A stretch of 64,000 nt of DNA from Octopus bimaculoides (taxonomy: Eukaryota), in contig NC_068986.1 of NCBI RefSeq assembly GCF_001194135.2, forward strand, positions 77,999,317 through 78,063,316, written 5' to 3'. Positions 1 through 12,458 of the stretch are shown in pieces. A program made the position numbers and the translations under genes. The notes under the pieces are model-generated. The model had not been told where the DNA came from. It ran no database searches and worked only from the letters and a program-made list of their open reading frames with translations. Position 1 is the first letter of the stretch, and each line of letters opens with the position of its first letter.

Positions 1-627
1 CGTATAATTAGTTATGACCTTTGCTGTGCCAATTGTGATTGATTCGTTAGGTGGTGAAACAACTGAAGTTAAAATACCAATGAGACAAGTTAATCAAATT
101 GAAGAATGTAACTAGAGAAATATATACACAGATGCAGTAAACTGTACTATTATCATTTTAATATTCATTTTACCATGCTCACATAGGTAGATAGAGTTCA
201 TTGAGGAAAATTTTCTACAGCTGGGATGCTCTTCCTGTCACCAACTCATTTCTAAGTTAGGTGATATTTCTCCATAGCCAGAAATGTTTCCATGGTAGAT
301 TGCTTATATGATTTGGACACTTGTTTACATCTATAATGTCATGTTCAAACAAGGAGACAAGAGCACACTCATTTACCTTCACATGCACACCTATATAAAT
401 ATATACTTGCCTTAGTATCCATAATTCAGAAAAATACATTCTCTTACCATATTTGTCAATATAGTAGATATTATAGATAAATTTAATACTGCATATGTTA
501 ATTAACACACATACACACACACACACACACATATATGTATGTATAAATATATACGTTTATTACAACTGAAAAAATCTTGACAAACTGTTAGTCAGAGTTC
601 CACATTACTGCTTATCCAACAGCTGTG

Positions 628-671
<44 letters not shown>

Positions 672-673
<2 letters not shown>

Positions 674-1041
674 CACAGAAGTGGCTGTGTGCTAAGAAGC
701 TTGCTTCCCGACCACATAGTTCCGGGTTCAGTCTCACTGTGTGGCACCTTGGGCAAGTGTCTTCTACTAAAGCCTTGGGCTGACCAAAGCCTTGTGAGTG
801 GATTTGGTAGATAGAAACTGAAAGAAGCCCTTCGTATATATATGTATAGATGCTTATGTGTGTGTGTCTTTGTGTCTGTGCTTGTCCACCACCATCGCTT
901 CATAACTGATGATGGTCTGTTCACATCTCCGTAACTTAGTGGTTTGGCAAAAGAGACTGATGACCAATAAAATAAGTACTAGGCTTAATTTGTTCAATTA
1001 AAGGTGGTGCTTCAGCATGGCCACAGTCAAATGACTGAAAC
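672..1041 (+). mobile_element. tRNA-derived SINE family 1, near full length
   Basis: Head GGCACAGAAGTGGCTGTGTGCTAAG (A-box-like) and GGGTTCAGTCTCA (B-box-like), then GGCACCTTGGGCAAGTGTCTTCTAC, an internal (TA)/(TG) tract and tail CAGCATGGCCACAGTCAAATGACTGAAAC. Aligns by eye to 34892-35300. Confidence 0.85.
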
Positions 1042-2143
1042 CAGGCTCCATTATCTGTTCTGGCTTGTTCTTTATGGCAGGATGCCCTTCCTAGCATCAA
1101 CCACTCCACAGAATGTACTTGGTGCTTTTTTTGTGAAACCAGCACCAGTGCTTTTTATGTGGTATCAGCACCAGTAGGAAATCTGCTGTGGCATATTGGT
1201 CTTCTTGACACACACACATGCAACAGGATTCCATGCTGTTTCCAACCTCCAAATTCACTCACAAGGCATTTGTCAGCCTGGAGCTATAGAAAAAAACCAA
1301 TTGCTCAAGGCACCACACACTAGGACTGAACTAAAAGCTATGTGGTTGTGAAGCAAGCTCCTTAAGCATACAGCCACATCTGCACTTTTATTTTGTCAAT
1401 GTCTGAGGGATGTAAAGCTAAGCTGGTTTTGATAGAATTTGAACTCAGAAGCTAATGAACCAGAAGGAAAACTGAAAGGCATTTTTTTAACACTTTAATG
1501 ATTCTGCCTATACGGCATCACAGAGATACAACTTAAAACCCAGCTATTAAGAAGGGCTAAAGTAAAATAGACTGAGTTACATTCTTAATGTGTTCTTAGC
1601 AGCAAGTTCAATTAATAAATTACTGTGGCATTATCAATGTTTTGTTTCCAGCACTGTACAGTATTACAGAAGATATCTTTAGACTGTTATCTTGTGGTAC
1701 AATAATAACATTAAAACAAATGATTATTAACACATGAGTAATTATTTCTCTGAGAAAGTCTTATGATATTCTTCAGCTTTACATTATTACAATCATTGTT
1801 ATTTCTATGAATCATAAAGAAGAAATATCTGTGATTTGAGTTGTATATAATCCATCTAATTAATAATTTAAAATTCATTTCTTTGAAACCATTCAACATC
1901 AAAAAGACTGTGTCAGTCCAGAAGTGAAATGGCTTCTTTTAGGGACCTTAAGTATTATTTAGTTCTGAATTATTAATGTGTTGTAAATATATTCTGTAAA
2001 TGGGGTGAACTATATTTTATATCATGGTGTCAGTGCAATATCACACAAATGGCTTTACTTGAGGGGTGAATTTATTGATTTTAATTTTCATCAGGCGATT
2101 AGTGTTTAGTATGATATATGCACACACACACACACACATACAT

Positions 2144-2550
2144 AGGAGTGGCCGTGTGTTAAGAAGCTTGCTTGCCAGTCACATGGCCCTGGGTTCAGTC
2201 CCATTGTGTGGCACCTTGGGCAAGTGTCTCGTGAGTAGATTTGGTTGACGGAAACTGAAAGAAGCCCATCATATATGTATATATTATGTGTGTGTGTCTT
2301 TGTGTTTGTGTTTGTCTCCCACCATTGCTTAGCAACATATGTTGGTGTGTTTATGTCCCCCCATAACTTAGCAGTTCAGTAAAATAGACTAATAGAATGC
2401 CCTTCATTCAGTTCCTGCCTACCAGCTTCACTCACATGGTTTTGGCTGGCCTGGGATTGTAGTAGAAAACACTTGCCAAAGGTGTCATGCAGTGATATTG
2501 AACCCAGAACCATGTGGCTAGAAAGCAAACTTCTTACCACACAGCCATGC
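2144..2550. mobile_element. SINE family 1: + strand partial copy abutting a - strand head
   Basis: The + copy at ~2144-2398 has head and body. ~2420-2550 is the reverse complement of the head (...CTTCTTACCACACAGCCATGC). Confidence 0.75.
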
Positions 2551-2721
2551 TGAAGAGACAATGGCTTCACAGATTCAGCTAGCCTGCTCAAACTGACCTC
2601 AATTCTTACAAAAATTTAATGAACATGCACTCAACAGAAAAGTATTGAGTAATACCTTACTTTAATGCTACGTTGGATTTATGTATAACTTAGCATAAAA
2701 ACAAGCATTTATATATATATG

Positions 2722-3047
2722 AAAGAAAGAGAGATGACAAAGAAATAAATGATTATGTTACAAACTGCATTAGCTTACAGCTTCTGCTATAAGTTGTAAT
2801 GTACACATAGTTGAGTGTTTGAATAACACCATATAACTTCATCAGAACCTCAGATTTGAAGTGCAATTTATTTGGGAAAGCATTACATTTGTAATTCTTC
2901 CCCAAATGAATCGCACTTCACATTCGAGGGTCCGATGAAAGTATATGGTGTTTTTCAGGCACTTAACTATGAGTACATTACAACTTATAGCTGTAAGTTA
3001 ATGAAGTTCGTAACATAATCACTTATTTCTTTGTCAGCTCTTTTTCC
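2722..3047. repeat. Imperfect foldback element, ~150-bp arms
   Basis: Left arm TGACAAAGAAATAAATGATTATGTTACAAAC...TTTGGGAAAG matches the reverse complement of right arm CTTCCCCAAATG...GTTCGTAACATAATCACTTATTTCTTTGTCA. Spacer ~16 nt. Confidence 0.85.
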
Positions 3048-3502
3048 TTATTACCACTCTATACTCAGCTAACATTTTATTCTGAAACATGCGTATGTTG
3101 AGTTCTGTACCAGGTTATTAGTCTCACAATACCTAAGTGCTANNNNNNNNNNNNNNNNNNNNNNNNNNNNNNNNNNNNNNNNNNNNNNNNNNNNNNNNNN
3201 NNNNNNNNNNNNNNNNNNNNNNNNNNNNNNNNNNNNNNNNNNNNNNNNNNNNNNNNNNNNNNNNNNNNNNNNNNNNNNNNNNNNNNNNNNNNNNNNNNNN
3301 NNNNNNNNNNNNNNNNNNNNNNNNNNNNNNNNNNNNNNNNNNNNNNNNNNNNNNNNNNNNNNNNNNNNNNNNNNNNNNNNNNNNNNNNNNNNNNNNNNNN
3401 NNNNNNNNNNNNNNNNNNNNNNNNNNNNNNNNNNNNNNNNNNNNNNNNNNNNNNNNNNNNNNNNNNNNNNNNNNNNNNNNNNNNNNNNNNNNNTATATAT
3501 AT

Positions 3503-3825
3503 ATCATCATCATCATCATCATCATCGTTTAACGTCCGCTTTCCATGCTAGCATGGGTTGGACGATTTGACTGAGGACTGGTGAAACCGGATGACAACAC
3601 CAGGCTCCAGTCTAATTTGGCAGAGTTTCTACAGCTGGATGCCCTTCCTAACGCCAACCACTCAGAGAGTGTAGTGGGTGCTTTTACGTGTCACCCGGAC
3701 GAAAACGGCCACGCTCGAAATGGTGTCTTTTATGTGCCACCCGCACAAGCCAGTCCAGGGGCACTGGCAACGATCTCGCTCGAAAATCCTACGGGAGCCA
3801 GTCAGGCGGTACTGGCAACGGCCAC
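3503..3825 (-). mobile_element. RTE LINE 3' UTR with (GAT)n tail, young copy
   Basis: (CAT)n-CGTTTAACGTCCGCTTTCCATGCTAGCATGGGTTGGACG... is the same sequence that follows an RTE ORF2 C-terminus at 30034-30556. Further partial copies at ~1040-1190, 9540-9720, 10033-10072, 18525-18645, 24885-25110, 38010-38220, 51460-51540, 55170-55250 and 57540-57795. Confidence 0.85.
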
Positions 3826-3836
3826 ATATATGTATG

Positions 3837-3867
<31 letters not shown>

Positions 3868-4830
3868 CATTGTTTTAACATCTAGTTTTCCATGGTTGCA
3901 TAGGGTGGATAGAATTTGTTGAAGTAGACGTTCTAAGCCTAGATACCCTTCCTCTTCTTTTGCCAAGTATGTTAATATTTCCTCAAAGCTCAATATGTAT
4001 CCATGCAAGATTTGAAAACAAAACGACACTATTCATATTGTAATAATACTTGTTTATGCTTGCCTTTATTGAATTTACCATATTTCCCAGTATACAAATT
4101 GAATTATCCAAACTAAAATTTACAACCAAGAAAAAGAAAAAAAGGGTAGATTGACTTATACACCAAGATGACTTTGGAGAGCTAAAGATTTCATGTGAAA
4201 TGCAGAAGGATTTAGTAAGACAATGATGATATATGAATATTTACATTACATGTTTTCACTATATACTACATTGACTTGTATGCTGAAGATATGGTACAAA
4301 TGCAGTGATAACTAACATTTTGTGGTATACCAACAGTAAATTTTAAACACAGCTGGTACGTCATTGCTTCATGTATGGCAATAGTGGAATGTAAATATAA
4401 TTTTGCAGTGGCAGTGAAATATAAGGCAACTGATTGGCAGTGAATACTTGAAGTAGCATTGTCCAGTTAATCTAGCTTTCACTATCCTCAGAGAGATAGT
4501 ATAAATATGATAGCATTCATGTATGTCTTTTGTATCTAGTAAAATATTGAATTTACAAATACAGCTTCAGTTAAAATCTTGGGGTATACTCCATAATAAA
4601 TTTTAGCATGAAAATAAATACTGCTGGCACATTAGTTTTAGCTCTTCGAAACGCCGGTGTTAAAACGGGGGTAGCTGATGAAAAAGAATGTTCTCTATGT
4701 GGCTTGTGTGTTTTCTCGTCTACGTTTTGTTTGCAATGTACTGTACCCAGATATGCACTTATACATACAGGTGGATGTCGGTATGCACATACCTGTACGT
4801 ATATATGCATATAGTCATTTACTGTTTGTT

Positions 4831-4883
<53 letters not shown>

Positions 4884-5057
4884 TTGTATGTGTGTATGTA
4901 TGTATGTATGTATCTATCTATCTATATATATATATTATATATATATGTATATATGCATGCAAACACACACATACACATACACACACACATGCATATGTAT
5001 ATATGCATGTATGTATGCGTGTGCGTGTGTGTTTGTGTGCATGTGTGTGTGCATGTA

Positions 5058-5108
<51 letters not shown>

Positions 5109-5729
5109 TGTATGTGTGTTGTTTGATAGGTTTTCACAATGTTTGTTTTGAAGATGTTTATGTGTCATTTGAGGTAAATTTGAAAATTTGGTTACTTTCC
5201 CTTGAAGAGGAAAAGATCACATATACGTTCCTCTATTGACCCGATATCAAATCAATAGTTTAGTTTTGTTTTTGTTTCTGTGTTTCATAGCCAGCTAGAC
5301 CAATAATTTGGGAAAAATATTCATAGTCTCTCATCTGAAACTTTTCCAGAAATGACCATCTATCACACACACCTTCAGACATTGACTACCCCCTATGGTA
5401 TTATTTCTAACATTCTTCATTAACTCTCAAAAGATATGAAAATAAAAGAATCTTAAAGCTATAATTTGTGGATTTTTTATTATTGTTAATGAATTCCTGT
5501 GGCTTTAATAAACAAGACTACTAATTAAAGATATCTGTTTAAAACATGTGTATGTGTATTGAATATAATTGTAACTTAGGTAGAGTATACAATAGTATTG
5601 GCAAACAGAGCTCGAAAGATTTAGCAGCAAATAATTTTCTTTGAATAAGACAATAATTATATTTTGGACGTTTTGGCTTGTAAAAATGGGAGTTAATAAG
5701 GTTACAGAAAAGGTGTAGAAGGCTCGTCT

Positions 5730-6209
5730 TGTATCTTTTGGTTTTTACTTGTTCTAATCATTACACTGCAGCCATACTGGAGCACCACCTTGAAGGGTTT
5801 GTGCTGAACAAATAAATCCCTGTAGTTCTTATACATATTTCAGTCATTTGACTGTGGCCATGTTGGAGCATCACCTTAAAGGGTTTTAGGCAAAGAAATC
5901 GATGCCAAGACTTATTCTTTATAAGCCTAGTACTTGTTCTATCGGTCTCTTTTGCCAAACCACTAAGTTACAGGGACATGAACACACCAACATTGATTGT
6001 CAAGCGATGGTGGGGGACAAACACAGACACACACACACATAAACACATATACATATATATACGAAGGGCTTCTTTCAGTTTCCATCTATGAAATCCTCTC
6101 ACAAGGCTATGGTCGACCCAGGGCTTGCCCAAGGTACCACAAGTGGGACTGAGCCCTGAACCATGTGGTTGGGAAGCAAACTTCTTTCCACACAGCCATG
6201 CCTGCACCT
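5730..6209 (-). mobile_element. tRNA-derived SINE family 1
   Basis: Reverse complement of head, body and tail (CATTTGACTGTGGCCATG, ATTCTTTATAAGCCTAGTACTT, CTTCTTTCAGTTTCCATC, CACACAGCCATGCCTGCACC). Confidence 0.8.
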
Positions 6210-6738
6210 AGTGGTTATGGTTTTCTTTTTGAGTTTGGTATTTATTCTATTAGTCTATTTAGCTGAGCTGCTAAGTTACAGGGATATAAAAATAACTAAC
6301 ATCATTTGTTAAGTGATGATAGGGGACAAATGCAAAGATACACACACACACACACACACGCACAATGGTCTTCCATACAGTTTCAATCTACCAACTTCAC
6401 TCATAGGGTATTGGCTAACTACAGGACTATGTGAGAAGACACTGAATCTCAAAACCACGTAGTTGCAAAGTGAGCTTTTTCGACATACTGCCATGCCAGC
6501 ACCGAGATTAAAATCCATGTGGACTTAGCAGCATGATTCTGTCCACTACTACTTAATCTGCCTTCCTCTAAATTGAAATTACTGCTATCTTACCCTTCCA
6601 ATTAGAATATATAGAAATTGAATTTATGTTTGATTCACTAGACTGTTGATTAACAGCCCAGTCAAGATGGTATTTTCTTCTTCTCCTACTCTTGTTTTTG
6701 CACACATCTACAAAATGACTTTCTAAAATGAACTTCCA

Positions 6739-6835
6739 TTATACAGCTGAGGAGTACATTTTCATTGCACATCTTATGTGGTGTTCTCACTACATAAATA
6801 AATGAAGTTTGTACGAAACGTACGTACTGCTATAA
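6739..6835 (+). ncRNA. Type I hammerhead ribozyme motif, canonical core, long helix II
   Basis: TTATACAG-CTGAGGA-GTACA...TGTAC-GAA-ACGTACGT-A|CTG(C)TATAA. Helix I is 8 bp with one bulge; helix II is GTACA/TGTAC extended by TTCATT/AATGAA; helix III is palindromic. Predicted GUA cut between 6826 and 6827. Confidence 0.85.
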
Positions 6836-6981
6836 CCTATTGAATTTTTGTTGCTTTACTTCAAATATATATANNNNNNNNNNNNNNNNNNNNNNNNNNN
6901 NNNNNNNNNNNNNNNNNNNNNNNNNNNNNNNNNNNNNNNNNNNNNNNNNNNNNNNNNNNNNNNNNNNNNNNNNNNNNNNNN

Positions 6982-7014
<33 letters not shown>

Positions 7015-7562
7015 TACGATGGGCTTCTTTCCTTTTCTCTCCAGTGAATCCACACACTAGGCTTTGGTCATTCTGAGGCTTTAGAAGAAGACACTTTCCC
7101 AAGGTACCATGCAGTGGGACTGAATCTGAAACCATGTGGTTGGAAAGCAAACTTCTTACCACACAGCCACACCTCCTCATATATTCTTCTTAGGGTGTTC
7201 ACAAGTTATTATGGTTGTGTGTGTAGACAATGGTTGCACTAAAATTTGAGTTTCCAAATCTTATAACAATTCTGGTTGTCATTGTTTTACTTAACCCATT
7301 GGTAATGCTTTCACATCGTTAGAGAAAAGAGGGAGAAAGAAAAGAGGGAGAGAGAAAAAGAGGGAGGGAGGAAATGAGGGAGAGAAAACTGTCCATGACA
7401 TGGAGTAGAGAAAATGTAATTGTCATACTTTCATGTGATTAGTTGAAGGGAAAGAGAAGAGGAAGGAAAAGGAGAGAGAAAAAGAGGATAAGGTGAAGAG
7501 TGAGACAGAAAGAAGGAGAAAGAGAGAGAGAAAAAAGAGAGAGAGAGAAAAAAGACGGAGAG

Positions 7563-7649
<87 letters not shown>

Positions 7650-8461
7650 TAGAGAGAGAGAGAGAGAGAAGCGTCCATGATGTGAGGTGGGGGAACATAA
7701 TAATTTTAGCAGTGGGGTGATGTTCTGATAGTGAGGTTAAAGAAGGTAGAGAAAGAGGGGTGAGAGAAAGAGATAGGAGGGAGAGAAAGAGGAGAGATAG
7801 AGAAGGGAGAGAGAGAAGGGAGGGAGAGCAGGGAGAGAGAGAAGGGAGAGAGGGTGAGAGAGAGAGAGATGATGATGATGGTAGTGGTGGGAGCAGTGAT
7901 TGGATAGTGAAAAGTGTATTTTTAAAAAAGTTGAACTAAATTTTTTATATCACCTTTCACATAATGTATGTGCATAAGTGCAATTCCGTGAAATATTCAC
8001 GCTTATTTACATGGCAGATATATGTAATTTAAGTAAAGGTTGTATATGTATGGTATATTTTATTTTTTATGAGAAAAATGGAAAAATAAGAGTAAATATT
8101 TATCTTATGAGTGCTGTGTATTAAATCTATAAAATTGTGCATAAAGTGTACATATAAAGTTCATTAGGTAACCATAGTATTCCAATTTCTTTCACTTTCT
8201 AATGAGTAGCAGATGAGCAACAATCTTTCCATTCAGACACAGCACAGACTACACTTTCAGGTTTTTTTTGGATAAAGTTTTCAGAAATAACCCAATAGGT
8301 TTACTATTAATTCCATGAAATATTCATGGGACCCACTAGCATTTTATAAACCTGCATTGTTATATGTACAAATCTACATTCTATAAATTAATAGATCAGT
8401 GTTCAATGAATCTAGAAGTTAGGAATTTTCAGTATACAACTTGCTGGATACTGTAATAAAA

Positions 8462-8762
8462 CAGTGCTACTTAAAGTGGTGGTCTGCAGACCGGTGCCAG
8501 TCCATCAGCCATCAGCTGCTGGTACATGGCAAGTTTCTAGAAAAGAAAGTAACATTATAAAATGCTTATAAAATGCTTATGTAATATTGTATTATTTGCT
8601 TACAAAATAAATATAAGATAAAAAATTGTCAACTTTTATTCTATTCATTATATATATTGTTTCTGGTATAAATTAATATTACTAAGAAATATTACCGGCC
8701 TTTGGCACATTGGGGGAAAAAGAACTGTCAGTACACCACATCAGATAGTTTGAGAAGCACTG
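8462..8762. mobile_element. hAT (Charlie-like) non-autonomous element
   Basis: Termini CAGTGCTACTTAAA / TTTGAGAAGCACTG. The flanking 8-mers TAATAAAA and GATTAAAA match at 6/8 positions, consistent with a decayed 8-bp TSD. Confidence 0.75.
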
Positions 8763-9721
8763 GATTAAAACATAAACATGTTACTTACAAGTGAAAGTGA
8801 GGAGAAAGAGAACAGCTTGTTGAGACAAGTGACATAGAATCCCAAAGATGGCTTGATGGTTCTCTATTCCATTAAATTAAGCAAGGTGAGAAAGATGAGA
8901 GACTATCATAATGGGCAAAAGCAATATGACCTGTGTAAATCTGGGATAGGTCTGACTAAAGTTGAATTCACTCACCTATTAGTTACTATCAGCTTCAAAC
9001 ATTTAAAAATCTTTTGCCAGATTGATTGGTGGGAAAACTAACATGTTTCCTTTGAAGATTGCTGTTCCAGCTATAATATATCAGCCAATGTGGATTGGTT
9101 AAGTCATATTTGCATAGGCATTAGTGCCTTTTATTGCAACACTTTTCTTTTAATGTAAATATATCAATTTGTGGTTCTAGACTGGGAAAATATGAGAGCA
9201 ATGGTTCAAATCTCAGCTGGGTTCTCACTACAAGCTCAACATCAGCCCTCATTAAGCCGACCTATTATCAAAGAAATTAAAAGCATATTCATACCATTTT
9301 TGTTCAAGGCATAATGCATAATGTCTCCTTACTGTCTTATGACAGTAAGGAGACATTTAACATTTGATTACTTTTTCTAGCATGCAAAATAACCACATGA
9401 TGACCTGTTGCTCTTATATTCAGGAGTGAAAATCTGATGTTACAGTTCATGCAAATATTCTAATTTGCAGAGACTACTAAGCCACATTAGAATGTATGAC
9501 TGAAGGAGATTCTTTATTGGGACTAACCAAAGTTCTACATAAAAAGCACTGGTGCCACTTAAAAAGTACCCAGTGCACTCTCTAAAGTGGTTGGCATTAG
9601 GAAGAGTATCCAGCTGTAGAAACCATGCCAAAACAGACTATGGAACCTGGTGCAGCCCCATGTCTTGCCTGCTCCTCTCAAGCCATCCAATTTATGCTAG
9701 CATGGAAAACACACATTAAAT

Positions 9722-9924
9722 GTTGCCGAAAAGTTCCTGGTTTTGAGTAAAAAAAATACAGGAGGATAAGTTAATTATGATTTTATTCAACATATTCCCC
9801 TCTCAAATTAAGACACTCATTGCAGTGGTCCTTCAGTTTTTCTAAGCTCTGTAAAAGAACTTGGAAGGTTGGGCCTCCAGGCAGGCCTTTTGGGATACCA
9901 GGAACTTTTCAGCATCTCCTCGTG
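9722..9924. mobile_element. Tc1/mariner-type MITE (~210 bp), copy 1
   Basis: TIR-like GCCGAAAAGTTCCTGG / CCAGGAACTTTTCAGC. Homologous to 10113-10333 and 36802-37019. Confidence 0.75.
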
Positions 9925-10069
9925 TATATATATGTATATATGGTTTGTAGAAATACATAAATCTGGGGAAGAAGCACATTCTAAGATGTAGAGCAGGTGA
10001 TATTATTTGGCCCTATTACAATATAGGTGTATATCGTTTAACGTCCGCTTTCCATGCTAGCATGGGTTG

Positions 10070-10112
<43 letters not shown>

Positions 10113-10116
<4 letters not shown>

Positions 10117-10333
10117 GGATGCTGAAAAATTCCCAGCCTTGGGTAAAAGAAAATACAAGATGATCAGTTAATTAGTTAATTATAATTTTACTCAACTTAT
10201 CCCTCTCTCAGATTCACACACTCATTGCAGCAATCCTTCAGTTTTTCTAAGCGCTGTAAAAAAATTCAGAAGACTGGACCTCCAACTAGGCCTTTCATGA
10301 TACCCTTAAAGCCAGGAATGTTTCAGCACTTGT
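10113..10333. mobile_element. Tc1/mariner-type MITE, copy 2
   Basis: TATGAGGGATGCTGAAAAATTCC...AGCCAGGAATGTTTCAGCAC, starting from a (TA)n tract. Confidence 0.75.
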
Positions 10334-11363
10334 AGAAATCATTGTCCAAAGTGCTGTGTAGTAGGATTGAACCTCAAACAACTTGGTTGCAAAACAAGCT
10401 TCTTAACCACACAACTATAGAAATTATTATATAAGATCAATTCCCAACCCCACTACAAAAATAATGCAAAAGAAAAAAAAAAGGAACCCAAATCAAAACA
10501 GAAATACAAAAGTATCAAGTCACTTGAAATTGAATTGATACATCTTAGACATGAGAAATTTAAAAATTATTAGTGTTTCAAGTTCTTTTAAGAGGTTTCA
10601 CTTTTATGAACAAAAATTAGCACTTGACACAATCTTTCACTGAAGTAAGCTTCACTGGATTAGCTGGATGGAACGCAGAATGGATACAGGTAAGGCTAAG
10701 TATGTGCATGTCAATTAGTCACGTTCAAGTAATTCACAGCAGTTGCTGATTTCATGCCCTTCTTCTGAACGAACATTGATTTCCTAGACAGGGTAGAGGC
10801 ACAGACAGGCATATGGCTTTGTGGTTATGAAGATTATTTCACAATCATGTGGTTTTGGCCTCTTCAGTCCTACTGCACAGCAACAGCTTGGACAGTGCTT
10901 TCTACTATAGCTACTGGATGACCAATGCTTTATGGATGATTGTAGTAGACAGAAACTGTGCGAAAACTCATCACATATATAAATATTTGTATCTGTATGT
11001 CTTTGTGTTTGTCCCTCTACCCTCACTTAACAACCAATGTTGGTTCGCTTAAATCCTTTGGATCTCTTCAGTTTGGCTCACAGAGTTTTTAATTATTTTT
11101 TTTTTAACTGAACAGTTTGAAACTTCGTTTACTGGTGTAATTTCTCATGATGAACATGGTTTACTTTCAACATTTTGGACAAAATTTCGTACTTTAGAAG
11201 TTATCTCGTGTTAAAGTTGTCGTATTTGGGTAATTTTAACCAATCAATGATGTGTATTCAGCTGAAGAAACCTACTGCTGTTTGTGGTAGTAATCGAAGA
11301 GCGACAACTTCCAGGTCATCTCTGACAAAAAGAAAGAGTATTGGAGATAATTATTTGACTAAA

Positions 11364-11593
11364 CCCTTTAACCATTTTGAAACCAACCCGGCTGAAACTG
11401 CCTCTGGCTCTGTAGTACAAATGTCTTGTTTCCATAAGGTTTGAATTAAAATCTTCCACCAAACCTTAATCACAATTTATGTTCCTAACACCAGTTTAAT
11501 GATAACTAAGTTATTTTACTAAATTCTTTGTTATATTGAAAATTAATTGAAAAAAATACAGAGCATTTCAGAATAAATACGGTAACAAAAGGG
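11364..11593. mobile_element. piggyBac-like MITE
   Basis: Ends CCCTTTAACCAT / GGTAACAAAAGGG followed by TTAA. The left flank is a degenerate TTAA. Confidence 0.6.
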
Positions 11594-12049
11594 TTAAAGC
11601 AGTGACTCAGACTGCAGTCCAATGCCTAAAGTAACTAAAAGAATAAAGAGAAAATGCACAGAGAAACATATTACAATTGTATCAGTGTTTGTTTTATTAA
11701 CCCTGGAGAGATGGATGAAAGGTGAAAATAAACCTTGATGAGATTTGAATTCGGAACTACAGATTGAGAAAAATGAAATTAAAATATTACAGTTGCAGGC
11801 ATAGCTTTCCAGTTAAGAAGCTTGCTTTGTGACATTGTGGTTTTGAGTTCAGTCCTATTACATGGTTCCTTGGCCAAGTGTCTTTCGCTGTAGCCCCAGG
11901 CCAACTAATATCTTGTGAGTGAATTTGTTAGACAGAAACCTTGTGGAAACTTGTTGTGTATATGTGTGTATGTGTGTGTTTGTGTATTTTTACACATTTT
12001 TTCCTCTCTGTTTTTTTTTCATTCTCTCTCCGTTTTTTTCCTCTTAATC

Positions 12050-12085
12050 CTTTCTGTCGAAGAGCATGGGCTCAAAACATAAAAG
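12050..12085 (+). ncRNA. Minimal hammerhead-like motif, variant-core family A (decayed)
   Basis: CTTT-CTGTCGA-A-GAGC-ATGG-GCTC-AAAA-CAT-A|AAAG; G12 is mutated. Confidence 0.55.
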
Positions 12086-12421
12086 ACTTTTCCATTCTTC
12101 TTGAGTGTTAAGCTAATACACCTGCTTGTTGTCCATTTACTAGTGTTTGCCATTTGTTTACTGTAAATTTAAACTATATATATATATGTATATGTGTGTA
12201 TGTGTGTGCGTGTGTTTATCTTTGTCTCTGTGTTTGTCAACCAACACCCACTGCTTGATAACTGGTGTTGGCTTGTTTACAACCCTTTTTACTTAATGAT
12301 TCAGCAAAAGAGACTGGTAGATTAAATATGGGAGAATGTACGAAAAAAACAACAACAGACGAGGACAGGTGGTGTAAACAACAAAAGGATGTATTAGTAT
12401 GATGCTCGGGAATATGGAAAG

Positions 12422-12458
12422 TCTTTAACGTTTCGAGCTACGTTCTTCAACAGAAAGA
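12422..12458 (-). ncRNA. Minimal hammerhead-like motif, variant-core family A
   Basis: Minus strand reads TCTTT-CTGTTGA-A-GAACGTAGCTC-GAA-ACGT-T|AAAGA, with a 5-bp helix I and an ACGT palindrome. Confidence 0.65.

Noticed and set aside
3571-3592. CTGAGGA-CTGGT-GAAA hammerhead-like string in the antisense of every RTE tail
   Set aside because: No helix II can form (C and T at the closing position) and no helix I is complementary.
4641-4690. GAA-ACGCCGGTGT near-palindrome followed by CTGATGA, suggesting a type II hammerhead
   Set aside because: I could not form helix I or helix II; at most it is a very decayed remnant.
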